Positions 13,154-24,179 of a stretch of 64,000 nt of DNA are shown here, one piece after another. Every line of letters starts with the position of its first letter. The stretch's first letter is position 1. The position numbers were made by a program, and so were the translations under genes. Location: the NCBI GenBank assembly GCA_030390025.1, contig CM059438.1, positions 53,508,001 through 53,572,000 of the forward strand, read 5' to 3'. Under the pieces are notes generated by a model that saw only the letters and a list, made by a program, of their open reading frames with translations, did not search any database and was not told where the DNA came from. This DNA is from Squalus acanthias. Its lineage: Eukaryota.

Positions 13154-15954
13154 ATGGCCCAGCAAACCACTCAGTTGTAACAAACTGCTACAAAACACAA
13201 TAATAAGAATAAAACCGGACGGACCACCCGGCACCGGCTACAGACACGGCAATGGCACATCCAGCCCAGTCGACCCTGCAAAGTTCTCCTCACCAACATC
13301 TAGGAATGTGTGCCAAAATTGGGAGAGCTGTCCCACAGACTAGTCAAGCAACAGCCTGACATAGTCATACTCACAGAATCATACCTTTCAGCGAAAGTCC
13401 CAAACACCTCCATCACCATCCCTGGGTATGTCCTGTCCCACCGGCAGGACAGACCCACCAGGGGTGGCGGCACAGTGGTATACAGTCAGGAAGGAGTGGC
13501 CCTGGTAGTCCTCAACATTGACTCCGGATCCCATGAAGTCTCATGGCTTCAGGTCAAGCATGGGCAAGGATACCTCCTGTTGATTACCACCAACCGCCCT
13601 CCCTCAGCTGATGAATCAGTACTCCTCCATGTTGAACACCACTTGGAAGAAGCACTGAGAGTAGCAAGGGCACAGAATGTACTCTGGGTGGAGGACTTCA
13701 ATGTCCATCACCAAGAGTGTCTCGGTAGCACCACTACTGACCGAGCTGGCCAAGTCCTGAAGGACATAACTGCCAATCTGGGCCTGCGACAGGTGGTGAG
13801 TGAACCAACATGAGGGAAAAACCTACTTCACCTCGTCCTCACCAATTTATCTGTCGCAGATGCATCTGTCCATGACAGTATTGATAGCAGTGACCACCGC
13901 ACGGTCATTGTGGAGACGAAGTCCCGTCTTCACACTGAAGACACCCTCCATTGTGCTGTGTGGCACTGCCACCGTGCTAAATGGGATAGATTTAGAACAG
14001 ATCTAGCAGCTCAAAACTGGGCATCCATGAGGGGCTGTGGGGCAGCAGCAGAATTGTATTCCACCACAATCTGTAACCAGGCATATCCCTCACTTTACCA
14101 TTACCATCAAGCCAGGGGACCAACCCTGGTTCAATAAGGAGTGTCGAAGAGCATGCCAGGAGCAGCACCAGGCGTACCTAAAAATGCGGTGCCAACACAG
14201 GACTATATTCATGCTAAAAAGGGGAAGCAGCATGCTATAGACAGGGCTAAGCGATCCCACAATCAACGGATCAGATCAAAGCTCTGCAGTCCTGCCACAT
14301 CCAGTCGTGAATGGTGGTGGACCATTAAACAACTAAAGGGAGGAGGAGGCTCCATGAATATCCCCATCCTCAATGATGGTGGAGCCCAGCACGTGAGTGC
14401 AAACGACAAGGCTGAAGCGTTTGCAACCACCTTCAGCCAGAAGTGCCGAGTGGATGATCCATATCGGCCTCCACCTGAGGTTCCCACCACCACAGAAGCC
14501 AGTCTTCAGCCAATTCGATTCACTCCACATGATATCAAGAAACGGCTGAGCGCACTGGATACAGCAAAGGCTGTGGGCCCCGACAACATCCCGGCTGTCA
14601 TGCTGAAGACTTGTGCTCCAGAACTAGCCGCACCTCTAGCCAAGCTGTTCCAGTACAGCTACAACACTGGCATCTATCCAACAATTTGGAAAACTGCCCA
14701 TGTATGTCCTGTCCACAAAAAGCAGGACAAATCCAATCCGGCCAATTACCGCCCCATCAGTCTACTCTCAATCATCAGCAAAGTGATGGAAGGTGTCATC
14801 GACACTGCTATCAAGCAGCACTTACTCACCAATAACCTGCTCACTGATGCTCAGTTTGGGTTCCGCCAGGAACACTTGGCTCCCGACCTCATTACAGCCT
14901 TGGTCCAAACATGGACAAAGGAGCTGAATTCCAGAGGTGAGGTAAGAATGACTGCCCTTGACATCAAAGCAGCTTTTGACCGAGTGTGGCATCAAGGAGC
15001 CCCAGTAAAACTGAAGTCAATGGGAATCGGGGGGAAAACTCTCCACTGGCTGGAGTCATACCTAGCACAAAGGAAGATGGTTGTGGTGGTTGAAGGTCAA
15101 TTATCACAGCCCCAGGACATCGCTGCAGGAGTTCCTCAGGGCAGTGTCCTAGGCCCAACCATCTTCAGCTGCTTCATCAATGACCTTCCCTCCATCATAA
15201 GGTTGAAATGGGGATGTTCGCTGATGACTGCACAGTGTTCAGCGCCACTCACAACTCCTCAGATAATGAAGCAGTCCATGCCTGCATGCAGCAAGACCTG
15301 GACGACATTCAGGCTTGGGCTGATAAGTGGTCGGTAACATTCGCGTCACACAAGTGCCAGGCAATGACTATCCCCAACAAGCGAGCAACTAAACACCGCC
15401 TCTTGACATTCAACGGCATTACCATCGCCGAATCCTCCACCATCAATATCCTGGGGGTCACCATTGACCAGAAACTTAACTGGACCAGCCACATAAATAC
15501 TGTGGCAACAAGAGCAGGTCAGAGGCTGGGTATTCTGCGGCGAGTGTCTCACCTCCTGACTCCCCAAAGCCTTTCCACCATCTACAAGGCACAAGTCAGG
15601 AGTGTGATGGAATATTCTCCACTTGCCTGGATGAGCGCAGCTCCAACAACACTCAAGAAGCTCGACACCATCCAAGACAAAGCAGCCCGCTTAATTGGCA
15701 ACCCATCCACCACCTTAAACATTCACTCACTCTACCACCGGCGTACCGTGGCTGCAGTGTGTACCATCTACAAGATGCACTGCAGCAATTTGCCAAGGCT
15801 TCTTCGGCAGCACCTCCCAAACCCGCGACCTCTGCCAGCTAGAAGGACAAGGGCAGCAGGCGCATGGGAACACCACCACCTCCAAGTTCCCCTCCAAGTC
15901 ACACACCATCCTGACTTGGAAGTATATCACCGTTCCTTCATCGTCGCTGGGTAA
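13154..15954 (+). pseudogene. APE endonuclease-reverse transcriptase ORF, disrupted by stops and frameshifts
   Basis: DIVILTES, DFNVHH, NYRPISLLS, LDIKAAFDRVWH, GVPQGSVLGP, FADD, YKAQVRSVMEY. Candidate in-frame ATG at 13154. Confidence 0.88.
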
Positions 15955-17271
15955 AAATCCTAGAACTCCCTCCCTAACAGCACTGTGGAAGTACCTTTAC
16001 CACACAGACTGCAGCGGTTCAAGAAGGCGTCTCACGTGCAACTGGGGAATGGACAATAAATGCTGGCTTTGCCAGCGACGCCCACATCCCATGAACAAAT
16101 AAAAAAAACCACAATGGAGTGTGTTCTCAGTGTGAAGATGAGACTTCATCTCCACATGCACTGTGCGGTGGAACTGCTACCAATACTGTCATAGATAGAT
16201 GCATCTGCGACCGACAGGTAGATTGGTGAGGACGAGGTCAATTAGGATTTTCCCTCGTGTTGGTTCTCTCATCACCTGTCACAGGCCCAGTCTGGCTGCT
16301 ATGTCCTTCTGGACTCGGCCAGTCGGTCAGTAGTGGTGCTACCGAGCCACTCTTGGTGATGGACATTGAAGTCCCCCACCCAGAGTACATTCTGTGCCCT
16401 TGCTACCCTCAGTGCTTCTTCCAAGTGGTGTTCAACATGGAGGAGTACTGATTCATCAGCTGAGGGAGGGCGGTAGGTGGTAATCAGCAGGAGGTTTCCT
16501 TGCCCATGTTTGACCTGATGCCATCAGACTTGATGGGGTCCGGAGTCAATGAGGACTCCCCAGGGCCACTCCTTCCCGACTGTATACCACAGTGCCGCCA
16601 CCTCTGGTGGGCCTGTCCTGCCGGTGGGACAGGATATACCCAGGGATGGTGATGGAGGAGTCTGGGACATGGGCTGAAAGGTATGATTCTGTGAGTATGA
16701 TTATGTCAGGCTTGTCTCCCAATTTTAGCACAAGTCCCCAGATGTTCGTGATGAGCACTTTGCAGGGTCGACTGGGCTGAGTGTGCCTTTGTCTTGTCTA
16801 AACCTGGTGCCCAGGTCAATGCCGGGTGGTCTGTCTGGTTTTATAATTATTGTTTTTCAGAGCGATTTGATGCAACTGAGTGGCTTGCTGGACCATTTCA
16901 GAGGTCAGTTAAGGGTCAACCACATTGGGTCTGGTTTCACATTTTGGCCAAGGTAAGGACAGCAGATTTCCCCCTAAAGGACATTAGTGAACCAGATGGG
17001 TTTTATGTCAAAATGGCAGTGTCATGGTCACTGATACTAGCTTTTTAATTCGAGATATATTTTATTAACTGAATTTAAACTTCTATGGTGTGATTTGAAC
17101 TCGTGTCTTACAGAGCATTATTCTGGATTGCTAGCCCAGTAAGTTAACCACTATGATACTGTCCCTGTTATTGATCAGTGAGTGAGTGGAGAGGTACAGA
17201 CTTCTGTCTGAATAATGAGACATGAGTCATTGATCAGTGAATGGAGAGGTATAGTCCTGTAGAGCTGCCAA

Positions 17272-17540
17272 GCCGTTTAAGAGTGAAATCAGAAATAATT
17301 TTTTAACACATAGACTAGTGGAAATCTGGAACTCCCGCCCACAAAAGGCTGTGGATTTTAGGATAATTGTCGATTTCAAGACTGAGATAGATAGATTTTT
17401 GTGAGGTACGGGTATGAAGACATATGGAGCAAAAGTGGGTAAATGGAGTTAAGGTACAGATCAGCCATGATCTAACTGAATGGCAGAGCAAACCCGAGGG
17501 GCTGAATGGGCTCCTCCTGTTCCTAATGTTACTATCTTCC
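17272..17540 (+). mobile_element. CR1 3' end fragment
   Basis: CR1 3' UTR motif GGTACAGATCAGCCATGATCTAACTGAATGG ... CTCCTGTTCCT. Confidence 0.8.
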
Positions 17541-17899
17541 TATATGAGAGAGTTTTTTGCAGGGGTGGACTCAGATGGAAATGGGGTTGGAAGGTGGTAG
17601 GGTGTTATGGGTGATAAAATGAATTGGTCAGAGATGGCCTTGTCAGTGATTGAGACCATACAAGCAGTGGCAAAGTAGAGGAGGTGGCCGCGATGGGTAG
17701 GAGTGTTTAAGGGACAACAGGAGGGCAGTAAAATCAGAGGAGAAAGGACAAGGGGAGTTGAGATGGAGATTGAAATGACCGAGGATGAGGAGTCACTGAG
17801 TGTAGAGGCTGAAGGAGGAAAGCAGGGAGGATATGTGGGTGAGAAACCTGGGGTGGTGGACAATAGACAACTAGGATTTAAAGGAGAGAAGCATGGAAC

Positions 17900-17995
17900 A
17901 AATGTCACAAGGGACCGCTCTGATGTCACAACCAACCGCTCTGATGTCACAACGGGCCGCTCTGATGTCACAACAAGATGTTCTGATGTCACAGC
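17900..17995. repeat. 21-bp tandem repeat, 4-5 copies of CCGCTCTGATGTCACAACNNN
   Basis: Directly visible. Confidence 0.85.
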
Positions 17996-18635
17996 AATTT
18001 CCTGATGAAATCATTAAGCAACTTCAATCCCTGCTACATGAACATCCTAATTTGGGGGAAATTCTGCTAGAAATGTCTGTCCTACATTCCCATTTCTACA
18101 TCTTTTGTCACAAGTATTTTAAGTGTCTCTGGTTCTTTATTAGGAACAAGCAGCTGCTCAATCCAAGGGTTGGGAATGTTGCCTTGTCCGTATGGTCTGT
18201 ATCTCAGGTCTGGGCCTTAACCCCCAGCACCCACCTTAAACTGCCACAAAGAGCTGGCAGGGCTTATTTGGGCACATGACCCAGGGCTACATCACAAATG
18301 AGGGGTTATGTAACCTGGCCTCACAATGGAAACCATGACAACACAGAAACCCAGGGCTGGACAAAATATAGCAAAGTGCTACAAACTGTGCATTTGTCCA
18401 TGAGAGAGCAACGAGGGGAGAGCTTAAAGACAAGTGCGTTCATCAAATCCATCCAAATCTTGAAAGATCACCAGAGAGCTGATTGGAAACGCTGTGCAAA
18501 GGAACAGTGTTAATTATTGGGGAGAAAGCGGTCAGAGAGCAAAGAGCAATCCAAGCAGAGGTCTGATTTCAGACCATCAGTGAGTGAACAAAGACAGTCT
18601 TTGGTTAAAATGTTTAATCAGATTGAAGAGAAGTA

Positions 18636-18955
18636 GGCCATGATATTCGGTATGTTAGAGCCTCCCGTTAGCACCTGGCGGGTGCGCTATTGGGGCGTTA
18701 AGGGGTTAGCGCCCGGGCGTGGCGAATGCAGCGACGCCCGCGAACTTCAGTGCCGGTTTAGCACTGCCGCTATCTCTTACCGCCTCGCCCTCTAGCGTCT
18801 TGCAGGTCGGTATGTCATAAAGTGCGCAGCGCCCCGTTATCGCCCCGAATGGAAATTTGACTCTCGCCCCCTGCGTTAATCGCCTCCCGCCGACAACGCC
18901 AGCAAGAGGAGGCGTTGTGACCTCGGCTGGCTGCTTCGGGAGTGGGGTGGACAAA
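18636..18955. mobile_element. GC/CpG-rich Harbinger-type terminal fragment
   Basis: Starts GGCCATGATATTCGG, similar to the terminus at 32127, with shared CCCGTTAGC motifs. Confidence 0.5.
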
Positions 18956-19114
18956 AGTGAGAAGTCGCACAACACCAGGTTATAGTCATGGCCACTATCG
19001 ACACCACAAACTGCCGGCTCAAAGTGGAGAGGATCTCCAAGAAGCTCGCGCATATCGACAGTGATTTCAAATAAACCTGTTGGACTATAACCTGGTGTTA
19101 TGCGACTTCTCACT
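18956..19114. mobile_element. Short fold-back element with 32-bp inverted ends, probably Penelope-derived (second family)
   Basis: AGTGAGAAGTCGCACAACACCAGGTTATAGTC at 18956-18987 and its inverse at 19083-19114, one mismatch. Encloses an ORF start MATIDTTNCRLKVERISKK and AATAAA. Confidence 0.6.
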
Positions 19115-19275
19115 ATTATCAAGGACACCCTTGATCAAATAAGCCCAGCACTTGCTGAGAAAATTCTCTCGTTGGCTGCACTGTGGGTGACGATGTTAAC
19201 AGGAGCTCAAGCTGACAGCCAGGAAGCTGCGTGCAAACTCCTGGTTACCATGAACTTTAGGTTTATTAATGAAGT

Positions 19276-19515
19276 TGTGGCGGATCGCCACCTAAACGGG
19301 CATAACCCACTTTTCCGTCTGTGGACAATATATCGGTGAACCTTCCCTTTAAGGCACCTTACCTTTAAGACAGGAGTGGGCGGGGCTTCAGGGTTTTCCC
19401 AGAGAATTCTGGGAGCAGCTTTCTCAGCCATTTTGTGTGCCATGCAGTGAATTAAAGTTTCTTGTTTTCCACATATGGATTCAGCCTCCATTCGTGTTTC
19501 GCGGCAGCCTCAACA
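19276..19515 (+). repeat. Gypsy 5' LTR
   Basis: One difference from the 3' LTR seen by eye (position 6, C vs T). Confidence 0.96.
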
Positions 19516-19555
19516 TTGGTGACCCCGACGCTCAGAACGTATTCCGATCACTGCA

Positions 19556-22500
19556 ATGGCGGACACGAACGCAGTTTCTGTGAAACTGCCGGAGTTTTGG
19601 GAAAACCAGCCCAAAGCCTGGTTTCTCCAAGCTGAATCTCGCTTCCGGCTGCGAAATATCACCACAGATGGGACGAAGTATGACTACCTCGTCACATCAC
19701 TCAGTAGCGCCGCAGTTTCGAAGGTTTGGACAACGCTGAAGAACCCACCAGAGGAAGGCAAGTACGCACATCTCAGGACAGCGCTCCTTAAAAAATTTAC
19801 GGCCTCGGCATATCAGCAACACTGCCACCTCCTCGACCTTCCAGGCCTCGGTGATGCCTCACCGTCAGACCTCCTCTCCCACATGCTCTCCCTCACCGAC
19901 GAGAGCCCACCCGGATCCCTCTTCCGCACGCTGTTCATCCGCCAGCTCCCTCTTGGCATCCGCCCAGCAATCGTGGCGTCCGGCCTCACGAACCTGGAAG
20001 CCCTGGCCGATGAGGCCGACAAGCTGCTGTCCGCTCACTCCAGCTGCGACGTCACTCCGGACCTGGCAGCCAATGCCTGGGCGCGCCCCTCACCATCCAG
20101 CATGCGGCCACAAGGGCCTGCCACCAGGCCCACGGGGCCTTCACGCCCCACTAACCCGGGCCACTGTTACTACCACGCACGGTTCGGCACCAGGGCACAA
20201 CGGTGCACACCTCCCTGCTCTTTCAAGTCCGCCCCCGTACCAGCCCCCGCGATGGCTGTGGGCCACGCGGGCTCCCTGCTGTTCGTTACGGATGACAAAA
20301 CTGGCCGCCGATTCCTGTGCGACACTGGGGCTCAGCACAGCATCATCCCAGCCTCCTCCCTCGACATCCAAAAGGGCGAACGAGGACCGGCGCTGGCTGC
20401 TGCTAACGGCTCGGAAATCCGGACGTATGGCACCCGAACAGTCACCCTCGACCTCGCTGGTCGCCGCTACCGATGGGAGTTCATCACTGCCAAGGTGCCC
20501 TCCCCTCTCATCGGCGCAGATTTCCTGTGCACCCACGACCTACTGGTAGACATCCCCCGTCACCGCCTCGTGGACATGAACACCATGTCCCCCATCCTGG
20601 GCGCCATGGCCCCCCGTCAACCCGCCGACATGTCGTCACAGTGCCACGCCCGGGCCACGGATGACTACTCGGCACTCCTGGCCGAATTCCCAGCCCTTAC
20701 CAATCCGACCTTCTCCGCGGAGGCCACCAAACACGGGGTGGAACACTTCATCCCCACCACAGGCCCCCCAGTGTACGCCCACGCCCGCAGGCTGGACCCG
20801 GCCAAACTGGAGATCGCGCGGACCGAGTTTGCCACCATGGAACAGCTCGGCATCATCCGCCGCTCCAACAGTCCCTGGGCCTCCCCACTCCACATCGCCC
20901 CCAAACCAGGCGGAGGTTGGCGCCCCTGCGGGGATTACCGCCGCCTCAATGACGCCACCACCCCTGATCGGTACCCCGTGCCGCACATTCAGGACTTCTC
21001 GGCTAGACTGGCCGGCCGCTCAGTCTTTTCCAAGGTCGACTTGGTGCGCGGTTACCACCAAGTCCCCGTCCACCCCGCGGACGTCCCCAAGACAGCCGTA
21101 ATCACCCCCTTCGGCCTGTTCGAGTTCCTGCGGATGCCCTTCGGCCTCAAAAACGCGGCCCAGACATTCCAACGGCTCATGGACTCGGTCCTTCGGCACC
21201 TGAAGTTCCTGTTCGTCTACCTGGACGACATCCTGGTAGCCAGTTCCTCCAAGCAGGAACACCTCGAACACCTCCGCATCCTGTTCGGGCGCCTCACCGA
21301 CCACGGGCTCATCCTCAGCCCAGCCAAATGCCAGTTCGGCCTGGACAAGATCGACTTCCTCGGCCACCACATCACCCATGCTGGGGCCATTCCCCTGCCC
21401 ACCAAGGTGCAGGCCATCCAACAATTTCCCCACCCCACCACCATCAAAGGCCTCCAGGAGTTCCTCGGGATGGTGAACTTCTATAACCGCTTCATACCCA
21501 AAGCGGCGTCCCTCATGAGGCCCCTGTATGAAGCCCTCCGGGGCAGGAGCGGCAAGATGGCAGTCGAATGGACGGCAGACGCGTCAGCCGCCTTCGACTC
21601 CACCAAGACCGCGCTCGCCAACGCCACCCTGCTCGCGCACCCGCGGCCCAATGCCAGGGTAGCGCTCACCACGGACGCCTCCGACCACGCGGTCGGCGCC
21701 ATGTATGAGCAGTGGGTCGACGGCGCCTGGCAACCACTTGCCTTCTTCAGCCGCCAACTACGCCCCCCGGAGGTCAAGTACAGCACCTTCGACCACGAGC
21801 TCCTCGCGCTGTTCCTGGCGGTCCGCCATTTCCGGTTTTTGCTTGAGGGCCACCCCTTCACTGCGTTTGTCGACCACAAGCCCCTGACATTCGCAATGGC
21901 AAAGACAACCGACCCCTGGTCCGCCAGGCAGCAGCGCCAGCTCGCGGCAGTGTCCGACTTCACCACGGACAACCAACACGTCTCCGGCCGAGACAATGTG
22001 GTAGCCGACTGCCTCTCCCGCCCCGCCATCCACGCCGCACACCTAGCAGTCGACTACGCTCAACTCGCAGCAGACCAGATCACCGACCCTGATCTGCTCT
22101 CCGCACCCACCAACCTACCAGGGCTACGCCTGGCCGACGTCGCCTGTGGCCCGACCGCAGTCACTGTCAAGTGCGACATATCCCTATGTCAACCTCGGCC
22201 CGTCGTCCCAGCGTCCTGGCGCCGCCGGGTATTCGACATTCTCCACAACCTCTCCCACCCCGGCGCCCGCGCATCCATCAAATTGGTAGCCAACCGCTTT
22301 GTCTGGCGCGGCCTTCGCAAGGATGTGCGTACTTGGGCCAACTCCTGCCTAGCCTGCCAACGGGCCAAGGTACAGCAACACACGAAAGCACCCCTCGAGG
22401 AGTTTACCGTCCCCTCGCGGAGATTCGACCACATCCACATGGACATCGTCGGGCCCCTGCCGCCGTCGCAAGGCCACACGCACTTGCTGACCATCGTTGA

Positions 22501-23346
22501 CCGCACCACACGCTGGCCTGAGGCAATTCCACTGACCTCTACCACCACCGCCGACATTGCCAGAGCCTTCGTCAGCACCTGGGTCGCACGGTTCGGCGTC
22601 CCCTCCGACAATTTACCTCTGAACTCTGGACCGCCGTTGCACGCAATCTCGGGGTGACCATTCACCGCACCACCGCATACCACCCCCAAGCCAACGGACT
22701 GTGTGAGCGGTTCCACAGATCCTTGAAGGCATCTCTTCGAGCCAGCCTCCAAGACGGCGCCTGGACCGACCGACTTCCGTGGGTCCTCCTCGGCCTGCGC
22801 ACCGCGGTTAAAGAAGACCTCCACGCATCGGCAGCAGAGCTCATGTACGGTCAGCCGCTGCGCGTACCCGGCGAGTTCCTGCCCACTGCCACGACACCCT
22901 GGTCAGCCGACCAGCAACGCCACGACTTCGCCTCACCGGCGCTGCAGTTCGCCTCGGTGCCCATTGCTCGACACGGCGAATCCACCTCACACGTCCCACT
23001 AAGCCTGCACCAGGCACAGTTTGTTTTCGTCCGGCACGACGCCCACCGCGGATCCCTTCAACCCCCGTACGACGGGCCCTACAAGGTGCTACAGGCTGGG
23101 GACAAATTTTTCACCCTGCAAGTGGGCGACAGGACCGAAAAAGTGTCGGTTGACCGACTCAAGCCAGCACACTCGGAGCCCGGTGAGCAGGTCCCTGTAG
23201 CTCGTCCACCTCCACGCGGCCGACCTGCCCTCAAGCCGGTTCACCAGGCTGCTCCACGCCCGGCCGTTCCACGTCCACCGGCGTCCTACAAGAGCCGCTC
23301 CGGCCGGCCCATCAGACCGCCGCACCGTCTCGTCCACACCTCCTAA
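19556..23346 (+). pseudogene. Gag-Pol polyprotein (gag, protease, RT, RNase H, integrase) with one frameshifting deletion at about 22610
   Basis: KLPEFW, CYYHARFGTRAQRCTPPC, LCDTGA, YLDD, TDASD, HHCC, HMDIVGP, YHPQANGLCERFH, GPY. Confidence 0.93.
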
Positions 23347-23366
23347 GCGGATTCTGGGGGGAGCTA

Positions 23367-23606
23367 TGTGGTGGATCGCCACCTAAACGGGCATAACCCA
23401 CTTTTCCGTCTGTGGACAATATATCGGTGAACCTTCCCTTTAAGGCACCTTACCTTTAAGACAGGAGTGGGCGGGGCTTCAGGGTTTTCCCAGAGAATTC
23501 TGGGAGCAGCTTTCTCAGCCATTTTGTGTGCCATGCAGTGAATTAAAGTTTCTTGTTTTCCACATATGGATTCAGCCTCCATTCGTGTTTCGCGGCAGCC
23601 TCAACA
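23367..23606 (+). repeat. Gypsy 3' LTR
   Basis: Direct repeat of 19276-19515. Confidence 0.96.
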
Positions 23607-23807
23607 AAGTTGTCCAGTTGACAACAAAGAATTTCAAACAAGGACACCTTTCGCATCTGTACATGGTGAAGAGCTTAACAAAAATCTCAACAGAAAATGT
23701 GTATGGCATGGTGCCTTAACTAAAATCTATCTTAGAGACCATAATTCCAGTTCTCATTGGAGTTAAACAGGCTAAGCTGAAGTTTGCATTCGCCTCAGCA
23801 CTGGGCA

Positions 23808-23940
23808 GTAGTGTTAGCGTTATGTGTTCCCTGAATTAGGTATTGTTAGCGCTTTGTGTTCCTTGAACTAGGTAGTGTTAGTTCTCTACGTTTTCTGAAC
23901 TCAGTAGTGTTAGCGCTGTGCCTAGTCTGAACTCTGTAGC
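23808..23940. repeat. Degenerate ~32-bp tandem repeat, about 4 copies (GTAGTGTTAGCG...CTGAACT)
   Basis: Directly visible. Confidence 0.75.
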
Positions 23941-24179
23941 CTGCCTGACAATGATTGGATCAAATTACACATTGCAGAGAACTTGAATTACTGTACAACA
24001 GATTGGATCTAATTACACATTCCAGACAACGCGTGGGATGAGTATTGTCCTCCCAATTCCTCTCGGTAAGAATAAGAAATTGGATATTTGCACCACCGTT
24101 TTTAATCTTTCTAGTGTCAGATAAAGTCTGCTTATATATTCACTAAGCAACAAATTTGGCATTGCTGAATGCAATCATT

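Larger units (their letters stand above)
12849..16108 (+). mobile_element. Full-length (3.26 kb) single-ORF CR1/Zenon-like LINE with tRNA-derived 5' head
   Basis: tRNA head, about 300-bp 5' UTR, APE plus RT, 3' hairpin GCTGGC-TTT-GCCAGC, A-tail ending at 16108. No ORF1. Confidence 0.9.
11587..17166 (-). mobile_element. tRNA-headed CR1/Zenon-like LINE, outer older copy; internally deleted and split by the inner copy
   Basis: Poly(A) and 3' hairpin at 11587-11645. RT (MFADECTVF) at 12053-12403. Endonuclease start (LITNIWGLVLKLG) at 16546-16758. tRNA-like head at about 17090-17166. About 0.8 kb deleted near 12702. Confidence 0.88.
19276..23606 (+). mobile_element. Full-length Ty3/Gypsy LTR retrotransposon, CsRn1/Kabuki-type
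   Basis: 240-bp TG...CA LTRs, AAGT TSD (19272-19275 and 23607-23610), PBS TGGTGACCCCGACG (tRNA-Trp), PPT at about 23354-23366. Confidence 0.96.
19115..23810 (+). pseudogene. MROH1: Intronless MROH1-like (maestro HEAT-repeat) fragment, 19115-19275 plus 23611-~23810, split by the Gypsy element
   Basis: Removing the provirus and one TSD restores the frame IIKDTLDQISPALAEKILSLAALWVTMLTGAQADSQEAACKLLVTMNFRFINEVVQLTTKNFKQGHLSHLYMVKSLTKISTENVYGMVP*LKSILETIIPVLIGVKQAKLKFAFASALG. This resembles the MROH1 N-terminal HEAT region as I recall it. Confidence 0.7.

Noticed and set aside
19813..23382. Overlapping and antisense ORFs in the Gypsy element
   Set aside because: Expected from high GC content, with no motifs.
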